A DNA stretch of 64,000 bases from Octopus sinensis (taxonomy: Eukaryota). The stretch spans positions 13,268,001-13,332,000 of the forward strand of contig NC_043005.1 of assembly GCF_006345805.1 (NCBI RefSeq). Direction: 5' to 3'. Position numbers and translations under genes: made by a program. The notes under the pieces are model-generated. The model was not told the DNA's origin. It ran no database searches and was given only the letters and a program-made list of their open reading frames with translations. Positions 1 through 13,037 of this stretch are shown in pieces. How positions within the stretch are numbered: the first letter of the stretch is position 1; each line of letters opens with the position of its first letter.

Positions 1-305
1 CCGAGGTCGACTTTGCCTTTCATCTTTTCGGGGTCGATAAATTAAGTACCAGTTACGCACTGGGGTTGATATAATCGACTTAATCCGTTTGTCTGTCCTT
101 GTTTGTCATCTCTGTGTTTAGCCCTTTGTGAGTAGTAAAGAAATAGGTATTTCGTCTGCCGTTACGTTCTGAGTTCAAATTCTGCCGAGGTCGACTTTGC
201 CTTTCATCCTTTCGGGGTCGATAAATTAAGCACCAGTGAAACACCGGGGTCGATATAATCGACTAGTCCCCTCCCACCAAGATTCAGGCTTTGTGCTTTT
301 AGTAG
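1..305 (+). mobile_element. SINE family B, partial tandem dimer of the body
   Basis: Body motif ccgaggtcgactttgcctttcatcctttcggggtcgataaattaagtaccag occurs twice. The units are joined by aaagaaataggtatttcgtctgcc (about 138-160). Confidence 0.85.
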
Positions 306-643
306 AAAATATTATATTATAAGAAAAGAAATGTTCTTTTCTACCATAGTGCCAATAAATTCTACAGGATAATGCAATTTCAAAAGTGGAAGAATTCTAG
401 AAAACTGTAAAAAAAGCAAACAAAAGCGCTGTGAAACCAGTCAATGCTTCGTTAACTTAGCGTGCTGAGTTCAATGTTTCATGTAAGCACGGACTGGAAA
501 AGGATCAGCAATGCTCAGTTGATTTGCCCAAGATACACTTCTCGAAGAAGTCATTAGCTTGGCTTACATAATCGAAAAGTGTTACGCATCGCACCTTCGC
601 CTCTCAATAGTTTCCGTTGCTTTTAAAGTACATAATCTTAAGT

Positions 644-1024
644 GGAGGCGCAATGGCCCAGTGGTTAGGGCAGCGGACTCGCGGTCATAGGATCGCGGTT
701 TCGATTCCCAGACCGGGCGTTGTGAGTGTTTATTGAGCGAAAACACCTAAAGCTCCACGAGGCTCCGGCAGGGATAGTGGTGATCCCTGCTGTACTCTTC
801 CACCAAAACCTTCTCTCACTCTTACTTCCTGTTTCTGTTGTACCTGTATTTCAAAGGGCCGGCCTTGTCACTCTCTGTGTCACGCTGAATATCCCCGAGA
901 ACTACGTTAAGGGTACGCGTGTCTGTGGAGTGCTCAGCCACTTACACGTTAATTTCACGAGCAGGGTGTTCTGTTGATTCGGATCAACCGGAATTCTCGT
1001 CGTCGTAACCGACGGAGTGCTTCC
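644..1024 (+). mobile_element. SINE family A (tRNA-derived head, tail 1), full length
   Basis: Head ggaggcgcaatggcccagtgg (A box) and ggtttcgattccc (B box). 12-bp TSD acataatcttaa at 630-641 and 1025-1036. Several other copies in the window. Confidence 0.9.
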
Positions 1025-1531
1025 ACATAATCTTAAATATAATCCTCTAATTTTTCATCCCTTCCATAAAATTCTCCTTCATCTTCATCACTTCTCTCCT
1101 CTTTTCCTCCTTATCTCATCCTCTCTCAACTATTCATGCTCACTCCTTACTCTTCTTCCCCTCATTTTCACCCAGAGCTATCCTCCTACTCGTATATCCT
1201 CGTCTTCCCTCATTTTCCCTCTTTCCAGTTTCTCACTCAACTGATCATCTTCCTCACCCTCTCACTCCTAACGTCCTTTTTCGTAATAACCCCTTATTTT
1301 TATCTTTGAGTAATTTTTAAAAAAAATTTCAAGAAAATTGGTGGCTACACAATAATCGTTTCCAACATCAAGCAGTAAGCTGCTCCTCGAGTGTTTGCTA
1401 TTACATACATACAGAAAATTACCACCAGAATCTCAGGGATAGGTACCTTATACAGTTGTATATTTAAGAGATGAGGAATTATGTACATTATTTACATTTG
1501 ACGGATATTTGTCCTCATCTTGTTTATTGTT

Positions 1532-1577
1532 AACACAACGTTTCGACTGATATACCCTCCAGCCTTCTTCAGGTATC
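1532..1577 (-). ncRNA. Minimal type I hammerhead ribozyme (family K tail)
   Basis: GAUAC-CUGAAGA-A-GGCUG(loop 10)CAGUC-GAAAC-GUU-GUGUU. Core intact, stems I and II pair, palindromic AACGUU replaces the stem III hairpin. Confidence 0.75.
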
Positions 1578-1624
1578 TTGGGGGAAATTTCGAACCTGGG
1601 TTCTCATTCCTAAGGTAATTTTCG

Positions 1625-1837
<213 letters not shown>

Positions 1838-2097
1838 TCACTGCCTGGAATCGAACTCGGGATTTTGGGGTTAGTAGCCTGTGCTCTTAAATACTACGCT
1901 CACGGGCATATGGCGTAGTGGCTCCTCTTCTTAAATTCCAGTCTTCCTTTAGTAATCCTGTTCTTTTAGATCGATGTATAGAATTATGTATATATGTAAG
2001 TATACTGTAAAATGTTAAAATGTATGTATAATCTCCTAATATAATAATGAGCGTTGTCTTTTTATATATTTGTATATATGTTTATACATATATATTT

Positions 2098-2292
2098 AGT
2101 TAATCCAAACATGAAAACACAAAGAGAAAACACAACAACGCGAGGACATGAAACAAGTATAGTGTTATTGGACGCTCAGGAAAGGAAAGAAAGGAGGAGG
2201 ATTTAACGTTTCGAGCGGAGCTCTTCGTCAGAAACATAGGAAAAGGAAAGGTCCAAAGAAGGGAAAATGGAGGAAAAAAATCGCCAACGATC
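2098..2292 (-). mobile_element. About 200-bp Penelope-pLTR-like repeat (family M) with a hammerhead motif
   Basis: Homologous to 32850-33035. Both copies end in gtttggattaact and contain the HHR core. Confidence 0.7.
2201..2235 (-). ncRNA. Minimal type I hammerhead ribozyme (family M)
   Basis: GUUU-CUGACGA-A-GAGC-UCC-GCUC-GAAAC-GUU-AAAU. Core intact. Confidence 0.75.
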
Positions 2293-2322
2293 CACACACA
2301 CACACACAGACACACACACGCA

Positions 2323-2385
<63 letters not shown>

Positions 2386-2854
2386 CATAGGGCCGGAGTA
2401 AGAGGTGAAAGTAGAGGAGATAAATGGGAAAGAGAGCGTCGTATGAATGAGAAAGGAAGGAGTGATGGATGAATAACGAAGGAAGGAGTGAAAAAGCTGC
2501 TAAACAGCGTTTGAAGTGTGAGTATATGTGTGTGTAAAAGAGAGGTATGTTTGCGTGCGTGTGTATGTATGCGTGTGTGTGAGTGTGTGTGTATACGATG
2601 GAAATGGGATGGCAATATTCAACGCTGAAAATGTGTGAGTATACGTGTGTATGTGTGTGCGTATAGAAGAGAACTATGGGAAACTTTACATATACAGGTA
2701 AATTAGGCACACACACACAGAGCCATACACATGCGCACAAACAAACAAAAGAGAACGCAGTGTAAATAACGGACAGAGTCAAGACTATTGAAAAGGTTGC
2801 AAGACGCAACGAAAATTTTAGGAAAATAAAAAAGAAAAGATATATATATATATA

Positions 2855-3030
2855 AATCCAGAATCCTTGACCGATATTGGATCGATCCCAAAATCTAATC
2901 ACTTCATGCCAGTCACAAGACCAGGCATTTCTGAAAGTTTCATCCGAATCCATCAAGCGGTTCTTGAGATATCTTGTCCACGGGCAAACCAACACGACTG
3001 AAAACAATACCTCCACCTTAGCTAAGTGAA
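2855..3030 (-). mobile_element. Fragment of Helitron/Helentron-like non-autonomous repeat (family I)
   Basis: Homologous to 26945-27117 and 44446-45215 (ggacaagatatctc...ggattctggatt). Confidence 0.55.
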
Positions 3031-3206
3031 ACACAACCACTGGTGTGTGTGTGCATACGCGCGTGTTTATTTACTATCATAATGATCCTCCTGAGATGCA
3101 ACAATAACTAATGTGCCTTTGTTTAAAACGGAAGGTCGATTTGAGAAAGATATAGCTGCTTTTAGAACGACGACATAGAGGTCTCTTCGTTGGTTCATGT
3201 TGAACG

Positions 3207-3400
3207 ATGTTTAGTGTTACGTCATTCATCGGGACGGTTCAAATTCCGCCGAGCTCAACTTTGCCCTCCCTGCTTCCGGAGGTCGATGAAATAAAAGTAC
3301 AAAATCAACTAGCGGGTGGGGCGGGTCGGAGGGATCAATGTAGTCGACTAACTACCCTTTTTATAATATTGCTGGCTTTGCGCCCAAATTAGAAACAATT
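3207..3400 (+). mobile_element. Diverged SINE B-related copy with an alternative tail
   Basis: gttcaaattccgccgagctcaactttgcc...ggtcgatgaaataaaagtac, then a tail similar to 48780-48820. Confidence 0.6.
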
Positions 3401-3768
3401 ACTAGGTCATCCAATTAATAAAAATTAGACAGATGACCTAATACAGAACAACAGACTCCTTTGTCCTGAAGAATATATTTCCTATTAGGACTTTGCTATT
3501 TTGTTTCTACGTTGTTATGGTTTTGTTGTTTAGACTTTGGTTACTAAAGCCAACTATGTAACAATGTGTATGAAGAGGCATAGATAGAACATTTTCATCA
3601 AACTAACAATGTACTCGTGATAGGGTATCTATCTACCTAAGTAGCTTTTACCCGTAAAAATAGAAGAAAACAGAAGAAAAAAAAGGTCAATTATCTTATC
3701 TGTACAGTTAGAGATTGTTCTGGAACACGCGGTTGAAGTATGTTATATCTGTCTGTTACATCCTAGTA

Positions 3769-3804
<36 letters not shown>

Positions 3805-3829
3805 ATATATATATATATATATATATCTT

Positions 3830-4147
3830 GACTCCGCCGGTTACGACGACGAGGGTCCCAGCTGATACGATCAACGGAACAGCTTGCTCGTGAATTAACG
3901 TGCAAATGGCTGAGCATTCCACAGACACGTGTACCCTTAACGTAGTTCTCGGGGATAATCAGCGTGACACAGAGAGTGACAAGGCTGACCCTTTGAAATA
4001 CAAGTACAACTCATTTTTGCCAGCTGAGTGGACTGGAGCAACGTGAAATAAAGTGTCTTGCTCAAGGACACAACGCGTCGCCGGGAATCGAACTCACAAC
4101 CTTACGATCATGAGCCGAATGCCCTAACCACTAAGCCACGCGCCCTC
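3830..4147 (-). mobile_element. SINE family D (tRNA head, CORE-like segment, tail 1 shared with family A)
   Basis: Minus strand: ggcgcgtggcttagtggttaggg...gagttcgattcccgg, then gtgtccttgagcaagacac (CORE-like), then the family A tail. Confidence 0.85.
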
Positions 4148-4227
4148 ACTATATATATCTATGTACATTATATATATATATATCTATATCTATGTACATT
4201 ATATATATATATATGCATATGTACATG

Positions 4228-4258
<31 letters not shown>

Positions 4259-4530
4259 GTGTATATAATGTGTATATATATATATATATATATGATATTA
4301 TATATATATATATTTATGTACATATATACATTTATGTACATATATATATATATATATTTATGTACATATATATATATATATATATAATATATATATTATA
4401 TATATATATATGTATGTATATATGTATTTATGTATATATGTATATGTATGTCTGTGCAGATAATAAGAGAGATAGATAGATAAATAAAAACAGAGAGAGA
4501 GAGAAGAAATACACAGACCAAAAAGTAGAA

Positions 4531-4566
<36 letters not shown>

Positions 4567-5283
4567 AATTTTTTTTCTCTCTAGAATATTCATAAATAAC
4601 CAATCCATTGTGTTTATTTTTGTAACTATTGTGAATTTTCTGCAAAATAGTAAAATAACCGGGGAGTTAATTATAAAGCTACTTGAACACCTGTTCCACA
4701 TCACGAACAGAAAATGATAAAACCGAAGCCATACTGAATCTCTTGTAAACTGATCCAAGAATTTTAAGAAAATACTATCATGTTTAAATATATTCAAAAT
4801 TTCTTTGCAACATCCCTGAGGATTACGTGACGATCTTCTTCCTACTACATCTCAATCATCCAATATTTTATTATTCATGAATGAAGTTATTAAAGCAGTT
4901 AAAGCCATCAAGTAAACATTTTCAAATATTATGGAGATCAAAAATAATTCGCAACTCTTCTTCATAGACTGACTACGGAAGCCTGTCTTTTCAATCTTTG
5001 TCAATCAGGTAGGTTTGGATAAACTAGACTAAACTGATGAAGTCTAATAGAACAAAACAAGTTGGTAGTTGTTCCTCGGTTGCAAACAGTGATCGAACTT
5101 TCCTAACCCGAAGCATGTAATTTAACGTTGAGGGATTAAGTCTTAATTTCTTGAAATTATCTCCCCCTTTTCCCTTTAGAATAGTTAACAATTGCAGTTA
5201 GTTTACGTCTGTTTTCTTAAACGAAGACTGAAACCTCAGTTCATAAATTTTTTTCCGAGTATGGCATCCATTATATTACTCTT

Positions 5284-5530
5284 GGGTATGTAGATAGATA
5301 GACAGACAGATAGATAGATGGGTATGTAGATAGATAGACAGACAGATAGATAGATGGGTATGTAGATAGAGAGACAGACAGATAGATAGATGGGTATGTA
5401 GATAGATAGATAGACAGAAAGATAGATGAGTATGTAGATAGATAAACAGGCAGATAGAAAGATGGGTATGTAGATAGATAGATAGATAGACATACAGATA
5501 GATAGATGGGTATGTAGATAGATAGATAGA
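5284..5530. repeat. 36-bp higher-order minisatellite built on (GATA/GACA)n
   Basis: Unit gggtatgtagatagatagacagacagatagatagat, about 7 degenerate copies. Confidence 0.85.
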
Positions 5531-5762
5531 TTGATTGGCTGATTGGTTGGTTGGTTGGTTGGTTGGTTGGTTTGTTGGCTGGTTGGTTGGTTGGTTAATA
5601 GACAGTCAGACCGGTAGATAGATTAGTCGATAAATTCAGTGACAAATAGCACGACAAAATGATCCAGGCGAAACTAAACAAGGTAAAGAGTGGAAAAAAG
5701 AGACGTAACTGCAGATTAAAGGAATGATAGGGCGAGTGGGTAAAAATAAGGCGATAGAAATA

Positions 5763-5827
<65 letters not shown>

Positions 5828-6489
5828 ACATGCAAGAAAAAATGGGAAACAGAAAAATATAGATAAAACGAAGCAGATAAAGAGATATCGAAGGCAAAAT
5901 AGGATGTCAACCTCTCAAGATTATAAATGTGTCGGAGTTTTGTTTGAAATTGAATGACATATTAAAAAAAAAAAAAAGCAAAACGGAACAAAGACAGAAA
6001 GAAAAAAAAAAACAGGCGATTAAAGAGATATGCAAATGAGAGAAATTATCAGTCAGTGTGAAGGACGATAATGAGATTAGCTTCTCTGTAGACAATATCT
6101 CCGCAAACATCCCTGTATGTTTGCTAAAATTAGGATAGTCGTCTTGTAATTTTCTCCATTGATAACAAAATAATTTATCTGAAATAAATGCAAGGACTTG
6201 TATTATTTTGTGTATTGGTGAAAAAGGAGAGGAAATAGCGTATACTTCCTTGGTCTTGACACCAACATGGCACCCACTTTAATACAATGCGCTTATGAAC
6301 AAAAGAAGGAGCCTCCACGTAGTCGTTTGTCTTGTTAGAGTAGATAGCCAAATACCCTTAAATTACAGTTTACGTGTGGGCAGTCTGGTCCTACTAAACG
6401 TGGTAGCCAAGGCAGGAATGTATTTGCTCATAGGAATACCCAATCAGAGCTTACCAATAACAACACAATATCTTGCGTGGATGAAATAT

Positions 6490-6913
6490 TACTCGCTTAC
6501 TCTTTTACTCTTTTACTTGTTTCAGTCATTTGACTGTGGCCATGCTGGAGCACCACCTTTTTGTCGAGCAAATCGACCCCAGGACTTATTCTTTGTAAGC
6601 CTGGTACTTATTCTATCGGTCTTCTTTTGCCGAACCGCTAAGTTACGGGGACGTAAACACACCAGCGTCGGTTGTCAAGCGATGTTGAGGGGACAAACAC
6701 AGACATACACACACACACACATATATATATATATATGTATACATATATACGACGAGCTTCTTTCAGTTTCCATCTAACAAATCCACCAACAAGTCTTCGG
6801 TCGGCCCGAGGCTGTAGTAGAAGACACTTGCCCAAGGTGCCACGCAGTGGGACTGAACCCGGAACCACGTGGTTCGTTAACAGGTTACTTACCACACAGC
6901 CACTCCTACGCCT
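6490..6913 (-). mobile_element. SINE family C (tRNA head, CORE-like, internal microsatellite), full length
   Basis: Reverse complement of head ggcgtaggagtggctgtgtgg..., body gcaccttgggcaagtgtcttc, internal (TA)(CA) tract, tail aaaagagtaaaagag. Confidence 0.9.
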
Positions 6914-7261
6914 ATTAAAAAGTCCCCCACCCCACCAAAAAAAAGCAAAAAACAAAAAATAAAAACAAAAACACAAGCAAACAAACAACACCAACAACAA
7001 AACAAGAATACAAAGCAATGACGTTTTCGCAGTGATAAAGAAACAAAACAAAGTTTGCTGTTTCGAGAAGTGTTATATATCAACAAGAAAACAATCAGCG
7101 AAGGAAAGAAAATAATCTTTTACAAAAGATGAGTTTATAATGACGATAATGAAATTGGATTCTATGTCGACAGTGTCTCCACAAATATTCCATCTCACAG
7201 CTGCTTTGACTGGTTTCCAAAAGCATTTTCTGCAAAAAATATGACTTTCATCATAAACAGT

Positions 7262-7942
7262 GGCGCAGGAGTGTGGCTGTGTGGTAAGTAGCTTGCTTAC
7301 CAACCACATGGTTCCGGGTTCAGTCCCACTGCGTGGCACCTTTGGGCAAGTGTCTTCTACTATAGCCTCGGGCCGACCGAAGCCTTGTTGGTGGATTTGG
7401 TAAATGGAAACTGAAAGAAGCCCGTCGTATATATATGTATGTGTGTCTGTCTGTATGTGTTTGTGTGTCTGTGTTTGTGGTCCCCCCCACCAACATTACC
7501 TGACAACCGATGCTGATGTGTTTACGTCCCCGTAACTTAGCGGTTCGGCAAAAGTGACCGATAGAATAAGTACTAGGCTTACAAAGAATAAGTCCTTAGA
7601 TCGATGTGCTCGACTAAAGGCGGTGCTCCAGCATGACCAGCATGTATGTATATATATATATATGTTGTGTGTGTTTGTGTCTGTGTTTGTCCCCACAACA
7701 TCGCTTGATAACCGATGCTGGTGTGTTTACGTCCCCGTAAATTAACTGTTCGGCAATAGAGGCCGATAGAATAAGTACTAGGCGTACAAAGAATAAGTCC
7801 TGGGGTCGATTTGGTCGACTAAAAGCGTTGCTTCAGCATGGCCACAATCAAATGACTGAAACAAGCCTTGTAAGTGGATTTGGTAGATGGAAACTGAAAG
7901 AAGCCCGTCGTATATATGTATATGTATATATATATGTTTGTG

Positions 7943-7975
<33 letters not shown>

Positions 7976-8182
7976 TGTCTGAGTTTGTCCCCACAACATC
8001 GCTTGATAACCGATGCTGGTGTGTTTACGTCCCCGTAACTTAGCGGTTCGGCAAAGGAGACCGATAGAACAAGTACTAGGCTTACAAAGAATAACTCATG
8101 GGGTCGATTTGGTCGACTAAAAGCGGTGCTCCAGCATGACCCGCAGTCAAATGACTGAAACAAGTAAAAGAGTAAAAAGAGT
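7262..8182 (+). mobile_element. SINE family C with tandemly reiterated 3' halves
   Basis: One head followed by three body and tail segments (about 7440-7632, 7650-7862, 7866-8182). Confidence 0.85.
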
Positions 8183-8558
8183 AAAGATAGTGCTTCCACG
8201 GAATTGTCTTCCATTATTTATTCTCTGTCTGTTTTCTTTTTGTTTTTTTTTAAAGACCACTTTTCGAAACTTAAACTTCCAGGTGTTGCTTCATTACAAA
8301 AGAAAATTTAATTATTTTGTATTTCTTTATTGTTTTTATTTTATGGATTATTTTTTTTTGTTCCTGAAACATTTTGGATATTTCATTACTGTGCGTTGAT
8401 GTAAGTCTACAGACTATCGCAGCATTGAATGTATATATAACTTTAGGGGAATTTAAATCAACGTCTGGTTATTGGGTGGTAGTCTTAATATGCGGATCAA
8501 TTTCGCACCCCTTGCTTTTCATTGGATGATAGGCTTACATATCGCCTGGTTACATACC

Positions 8559-8791
8559 TATTTCTTTACTACCCACAAGGGGCTAAACATAGAGAGGACA
8601 AACAAGGACAGACAAACGGATTAAGTCGATTATATCGACCCCAGTGTGTAACTGATACTTAATTTATCGACCCCGAAAGGATGAAAGGCAAAGTCGACCT
8701 CGGCGGAATTTGAACTCAGAACGTAACGGCAGACGAAATACTGCTAAGCATTTCGCCCGGAGTGCTAACGTTTCTGCCAGCTTGCCGCCTT
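8559..8791 (-). mobile_element. SINE family B, full-length monomer
   Basis: Head aaggcggcaagctggcagaa on the minus strand. 13-bp TSD ctggttacatacc at 8546-8558 and 8794-8806. Confidence 0.9.
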
Positions 8792-9562
8792 GTCTGGTTA
8801 CATACCATCGCGTCTGACCTTAAATGGTGAACATAAATGGTGAACATAATTGGTGAACATCATACGCTCCATGTTTAACACCAACACACCGTGTGTTTGG
8901 CTGTCTGTGGTGAATTTATTTCAAGCATTTGGGCGAAACGGCTCATTCTCTCCTCGCTTATATTTTCCTCTTCAGACAATGACCTGGCTGTAGGTGTTCA
9001 GGCTGGGTGTCAGCCCCATCCTCAGGCTCATCCATGTAGAAGGTGAGGCAAAGAACATTGCCTATTCCCTGATTGACATAGGGAGGGCATTCAATATCGT
9101 CAATGTAAACGCATGCTAACCTCCGAGATAACTTTTATGAGTTTGACACGTATTTCATGATTCAAGCATTGATCAAATGTGAGACAAACGTAATTACTGG
9201 ACAGGATATACACCTGGCGATAGCACAGTCCCAAAATAATCTGGTACCTGTTCCTCGAAACCAGGTGAGCAGACAAAATACCGAGTGGTTCAAAAGTTCT
9301 TTTAGTGATAATATAAATAGGTTAACAAGGGCATTTGCGATTCATTCACGTCACGTCTCCCCTTATCTACTCCCCTCACACCTCCCATTTTCAGGCTATC
9401 TAGCCTACTACTCTTCCTTTCACACTGCCAAGCACTCAGATCGCTCCAGATCTCAGCACGCAGACAACTGAACAGGATAACTCTTTATGTTGCGTCATCT
9501 TTGATGCAATGGGAATAGCAAAAGATAAAAATATCGGTTAAAATTGTTACAATATATATATA

Positions 9563-9956
9563 CTAGCAGTATCGCCCGGCGTTGCTCGGGTTTGTAAGGG
9601 AAATAACTATAAAGCATTTTTAGAGAGTTATAGCCAAAAAAATAGCAAAAAATGCATTAAAAATGGAAAAAAAGTTATGGTTAAATTTTTTTTAAATCGT
9701 TGACTCATCGTAGACATTTTTAGAGAGTTACTTCCCTTTATTAAAAAAATATGCGTTAAAATGGAAAAAAAAATGATGGTAAATTATTTTTAAAATCGTA
9801 GACTCATCGTAGACGCGCGGTAATACCCAGAAGGGCTCGATATGAATCACGACTATAAGATACCCGCTTTTGGTTACACTGCATCGCAAAATGTAAGAGT
9901 AGTTAGGAATCTAAATAGGAGAGACAGACAAACAACTTCACTTTTATATATAAAGA
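9563..9956 (-). mobile_element. Non-autonomous Helitron (family E)
   Basis: 5' TC, 3' hairpin cccgagcaacgccggg then CTAG, inserted between A and T, no TSD. Confidence 0.9.
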
Positions 9957-10019
9957 TATATAAATGAAAACTTTATACATTATTTAAATGCTAAAGAGAC
10001 TTCTGGACTACCCTGTATA

Positions 10020-10225
10020 CGAGGGGTTGCTGAAAAGTTCCTGGCGTTAGGTTAAAGAAAATACAGGAGGATCAGTTAATTATTAAATATATTCTCCTCT
10101 CAGATTCACACACTTATTGCAGTGGTCCTTCAGTTTTTCTAAACTCTGTAAAAGAACTCGGAAGGTTGTGTCTCCGCCAGGCCTTTCGCGATACCCTTAA
10201 ACCCAGGAACTTTTCAGCACCCTCT
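10020..10225. mobile_element. Mariner-derived MITE
   Basis: TIRs cgaggggttgctgaaaagttcctgg and ccaggaacttttcagcaccctct, flanked by TA. Confidence 0.8.
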
Positions 10226-10228
10226 TAT

Positions 10229-10279
<51 letters not shown>

Positions 10280-10544
10280 TACATACATACATACATACAC
10301 ACACACACATACATACATACATACATACATACATACATACAGACACACATACATACATACATACATACATACATACATACATACATGCATACATACATAC
10401 ATACATGCATACATACATACATACATGCATACATACATACATACATACATACACACACACACATACATACATACATACATACATACATACATACATACAT
10501 ACATACACACACATACATACATACATACATACATACATACATAC
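10226..10544. repeat. (TACA/CA)n microsatellite
   Basis: Read directly from the sequence. Confidence 0.95.
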
Positions 10545-11164
10545 ACCTTAAGGACCTGTCATTAAAGGCTGGGTTTTAACTCTGAAATCATGACATCATT
10601 TGTATGAGCTATATGTTATTCTGCATTAGACGTTGGGTTCTGTCAGATAAATTTCCCAGGTGATGTCTAGTACATCTGACCATCCTCTCGGTAAACTGGA
10701 ACACTGTAGAGAATACCATACATACATACATACATACATACATACATACATACATACATACATACATACATACACGCACACACATATATTACGGTCTTAG
10801 TAAGAAGGGAGGGGGAGTGGCATTGCTCCTTAGTCTAATAAGGTTGAAACAGTTGACAATCATCTGTATACTGAACATATGTATGTCTGCAGGAAAAAAA
10901 CGCAGGAGGAAATGCAATTCCAGAAAATTAATATTCCAAGTAGGAACGATTTGGTTTAATAAAGAAATCGCGTAGGGAAGATAATGAAAGATTGATTCAT
11001 CATGATAACGAAAGGTCGGCTTGAGTGGAAGCTGCTATGCAACTCATTAGTATATTAATATTATTTTGAACGCATTAAAAAAAAACTGAAGCTATGCTAA
11101 CGATCCAAACTGTAAATAATGTTCAACATCATAAATGTCTAACTACACTACGGTCTGAGAAGTA

Positions 11165-11485
11165 TTAGATTGTCCGGAAAGTTCGTGCCGATTTTTAAAG
11201 GAAAGAAAAAAGGTCAATAAATACTTGTCACTACATTTTTAATCAACCAAATACGAAGCATTTTGTTGCACAATGCGTCTCCATCTTTCCTTTAACTTGA
11301 AAATGCCCTCTTCCCAGAATTGAGGTGGTTTCATGGCAAATGATTCATCAAGGTATCTTTTTACGTCTTCCAAGGAATTGAAATTTTTACCATTAAGACT
11401 ATTCTGCAGAGACCTGAATAAGTGGAAATCCAAAGGAGCAATATCTGGTGAATATGGAGGTTGGGATAGCACATCCCAGCCTGAT
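11165..11485 (-). pseudogene. Mariner transposon 3' fragment (transposase C-terminus and TIR)
   Basis: ORF 11239-11472 contains PPYSPDIAPLDFHLFRSLQN (mariner YSPDLAPxD motif). TIR ttagattgtccggaaagttc follows TA. Confidence 0.9.
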
Positions 11486-12126
11486 CAGGTTGATCTATGA
11501 TTCAAAGTATTCCACCCGTATTAAAACTATTCCACCCGTTGGATTATAACTAAGCATGCATTACACAATATGTCTATTCCTTATTTAAAACCAATCATTT
11601 TACTCTTTTATTCTTTTACTTGTTTCAATCACTGGACCGCTGCAATGCTGGAGTACCGTCTTAAGGGAGACTTAGTTGTTATTTCTAGCATGTTGAGCAA
11701 CAACCTTAAGGACCTGTCATTAAAGGCTGGGTTTTAGCTCTGGAATCATGACATCATTTGTATGAGCTATATGTTATTCTGCATTAGACGTTGGTCTCTC
11801 TCAGATAAATTTCCCAGGTGATGTAACTCTGATCATCCTCTCGGTAAACTGGAACATTGTAGAGAATATGATGGTTTGTCTACTGTCTCATTGTAGAAAA
11901 GAAAACCCTTTTAAGGGAGAACAGTGTTCAAACCAAGGCGCTATGTGATTCAGCTATCTCAGCCATCCTATGGTTTTCCAGATTGTGGCAATGTTGTAAT
12001 TGGAAGTAGATAAATATTTAGCAGAAACCAATAATGTAGCAGAATTTAGAGAATTGAAGTTATGGTCTCCTAGTGTAGTAGTGTATAAAAGAGAAGGAAG
12101 AGGAGATGAGAGAGATAGAGAGTGAT

Positions 12127-12168
<42 letters not shown>

Positions 12169-12426
12169 GAGTGAAAGAGACAGTGAGACAGGGAAGAGGA
12201 AGATAAAAAGAGGGAAGACAATGTGAGAAAGTGAAAGTGAAACTGAGAAAGAAACACACCCACGTGAATGCACAGACACACAATGCACACACACACACGC
12301 ACACACACAACGCACACATACACACACACACATACAACGCACACACACACACACACACACACAACGCACACACACACACGTACATATGCACCCACATAGA
12401 TGCATATTTACACGTAAATAATCACA

Positions 12427-12492
<66 letters not shown>

Positions 12493-13037
12493 CGTATGCA
12501 CATATGCACACACTCACACAAAAACATGAGACTCTTACTGCATTAGCTTCGCCAGTAAGCTGAGTAATGTTACAGCGTAGATTGAAGTATGTCAGTTTAT
12601 TCATTATATCCCATTATATCGAAAGATGGCTGAAATACGTGCTCTCCGTTACACAAGTATGTGTTCAGCCTAAAAATAGCTTCAGCTTCGGTCAAAATAC
12701 AGCCAACAGCCACAAGTTTGGATCATTGAATGATGCTCAGCGATTAAATCAACCGTTCAACCAAATTCTGATGCTGTTTGTCGCCCTGGTCAATCGGTTC
12801 AACATTGCCTATTCTTGTACCTGAGAAAATGAATTGGTGGAAAGTACGCTAAGATTCACCGGCGCATGTGTGTACATGCACGCATATATAAATACACACA
12901 CATTCACAGACACATATGGGAGTAAATGTATGCATGCATGTATGTATATACGTATGGTTAGTATGGCTTACTGTTCTGCTAAAGTATGATCAATAAAAAA
13001 AAAGGACTCCGTCCAGTGGGAGATTTATATAGTTTAA

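Noticed and set aside
644-716. tRNA gene candidates at SINE heads
   Set aside because: They have A and B boxes but continue into SINE bodies with TSDs, and I see no complete acceptor stem.
726-977. Recurrent MVVIPAVLFH ORF (also 16722, 44623, 49187)
   Set aside because: It is a reading frame through SINE A, not a gene family.
8976-9042. Possible exon (ttttcctcttcag acceptor, aag/gtgagg donor), and a VYIDDI motif on the opposite strand near 9100
   Set aside because: The peptide is short and unrecognisable with no partner exons. The YIDD hit lacks correctly ordered RT motifs.
9157-9471. 104-aa non-repetitive ORF
   Set aside because: No recognisable domain, and ORFs of this length are expected by chance.
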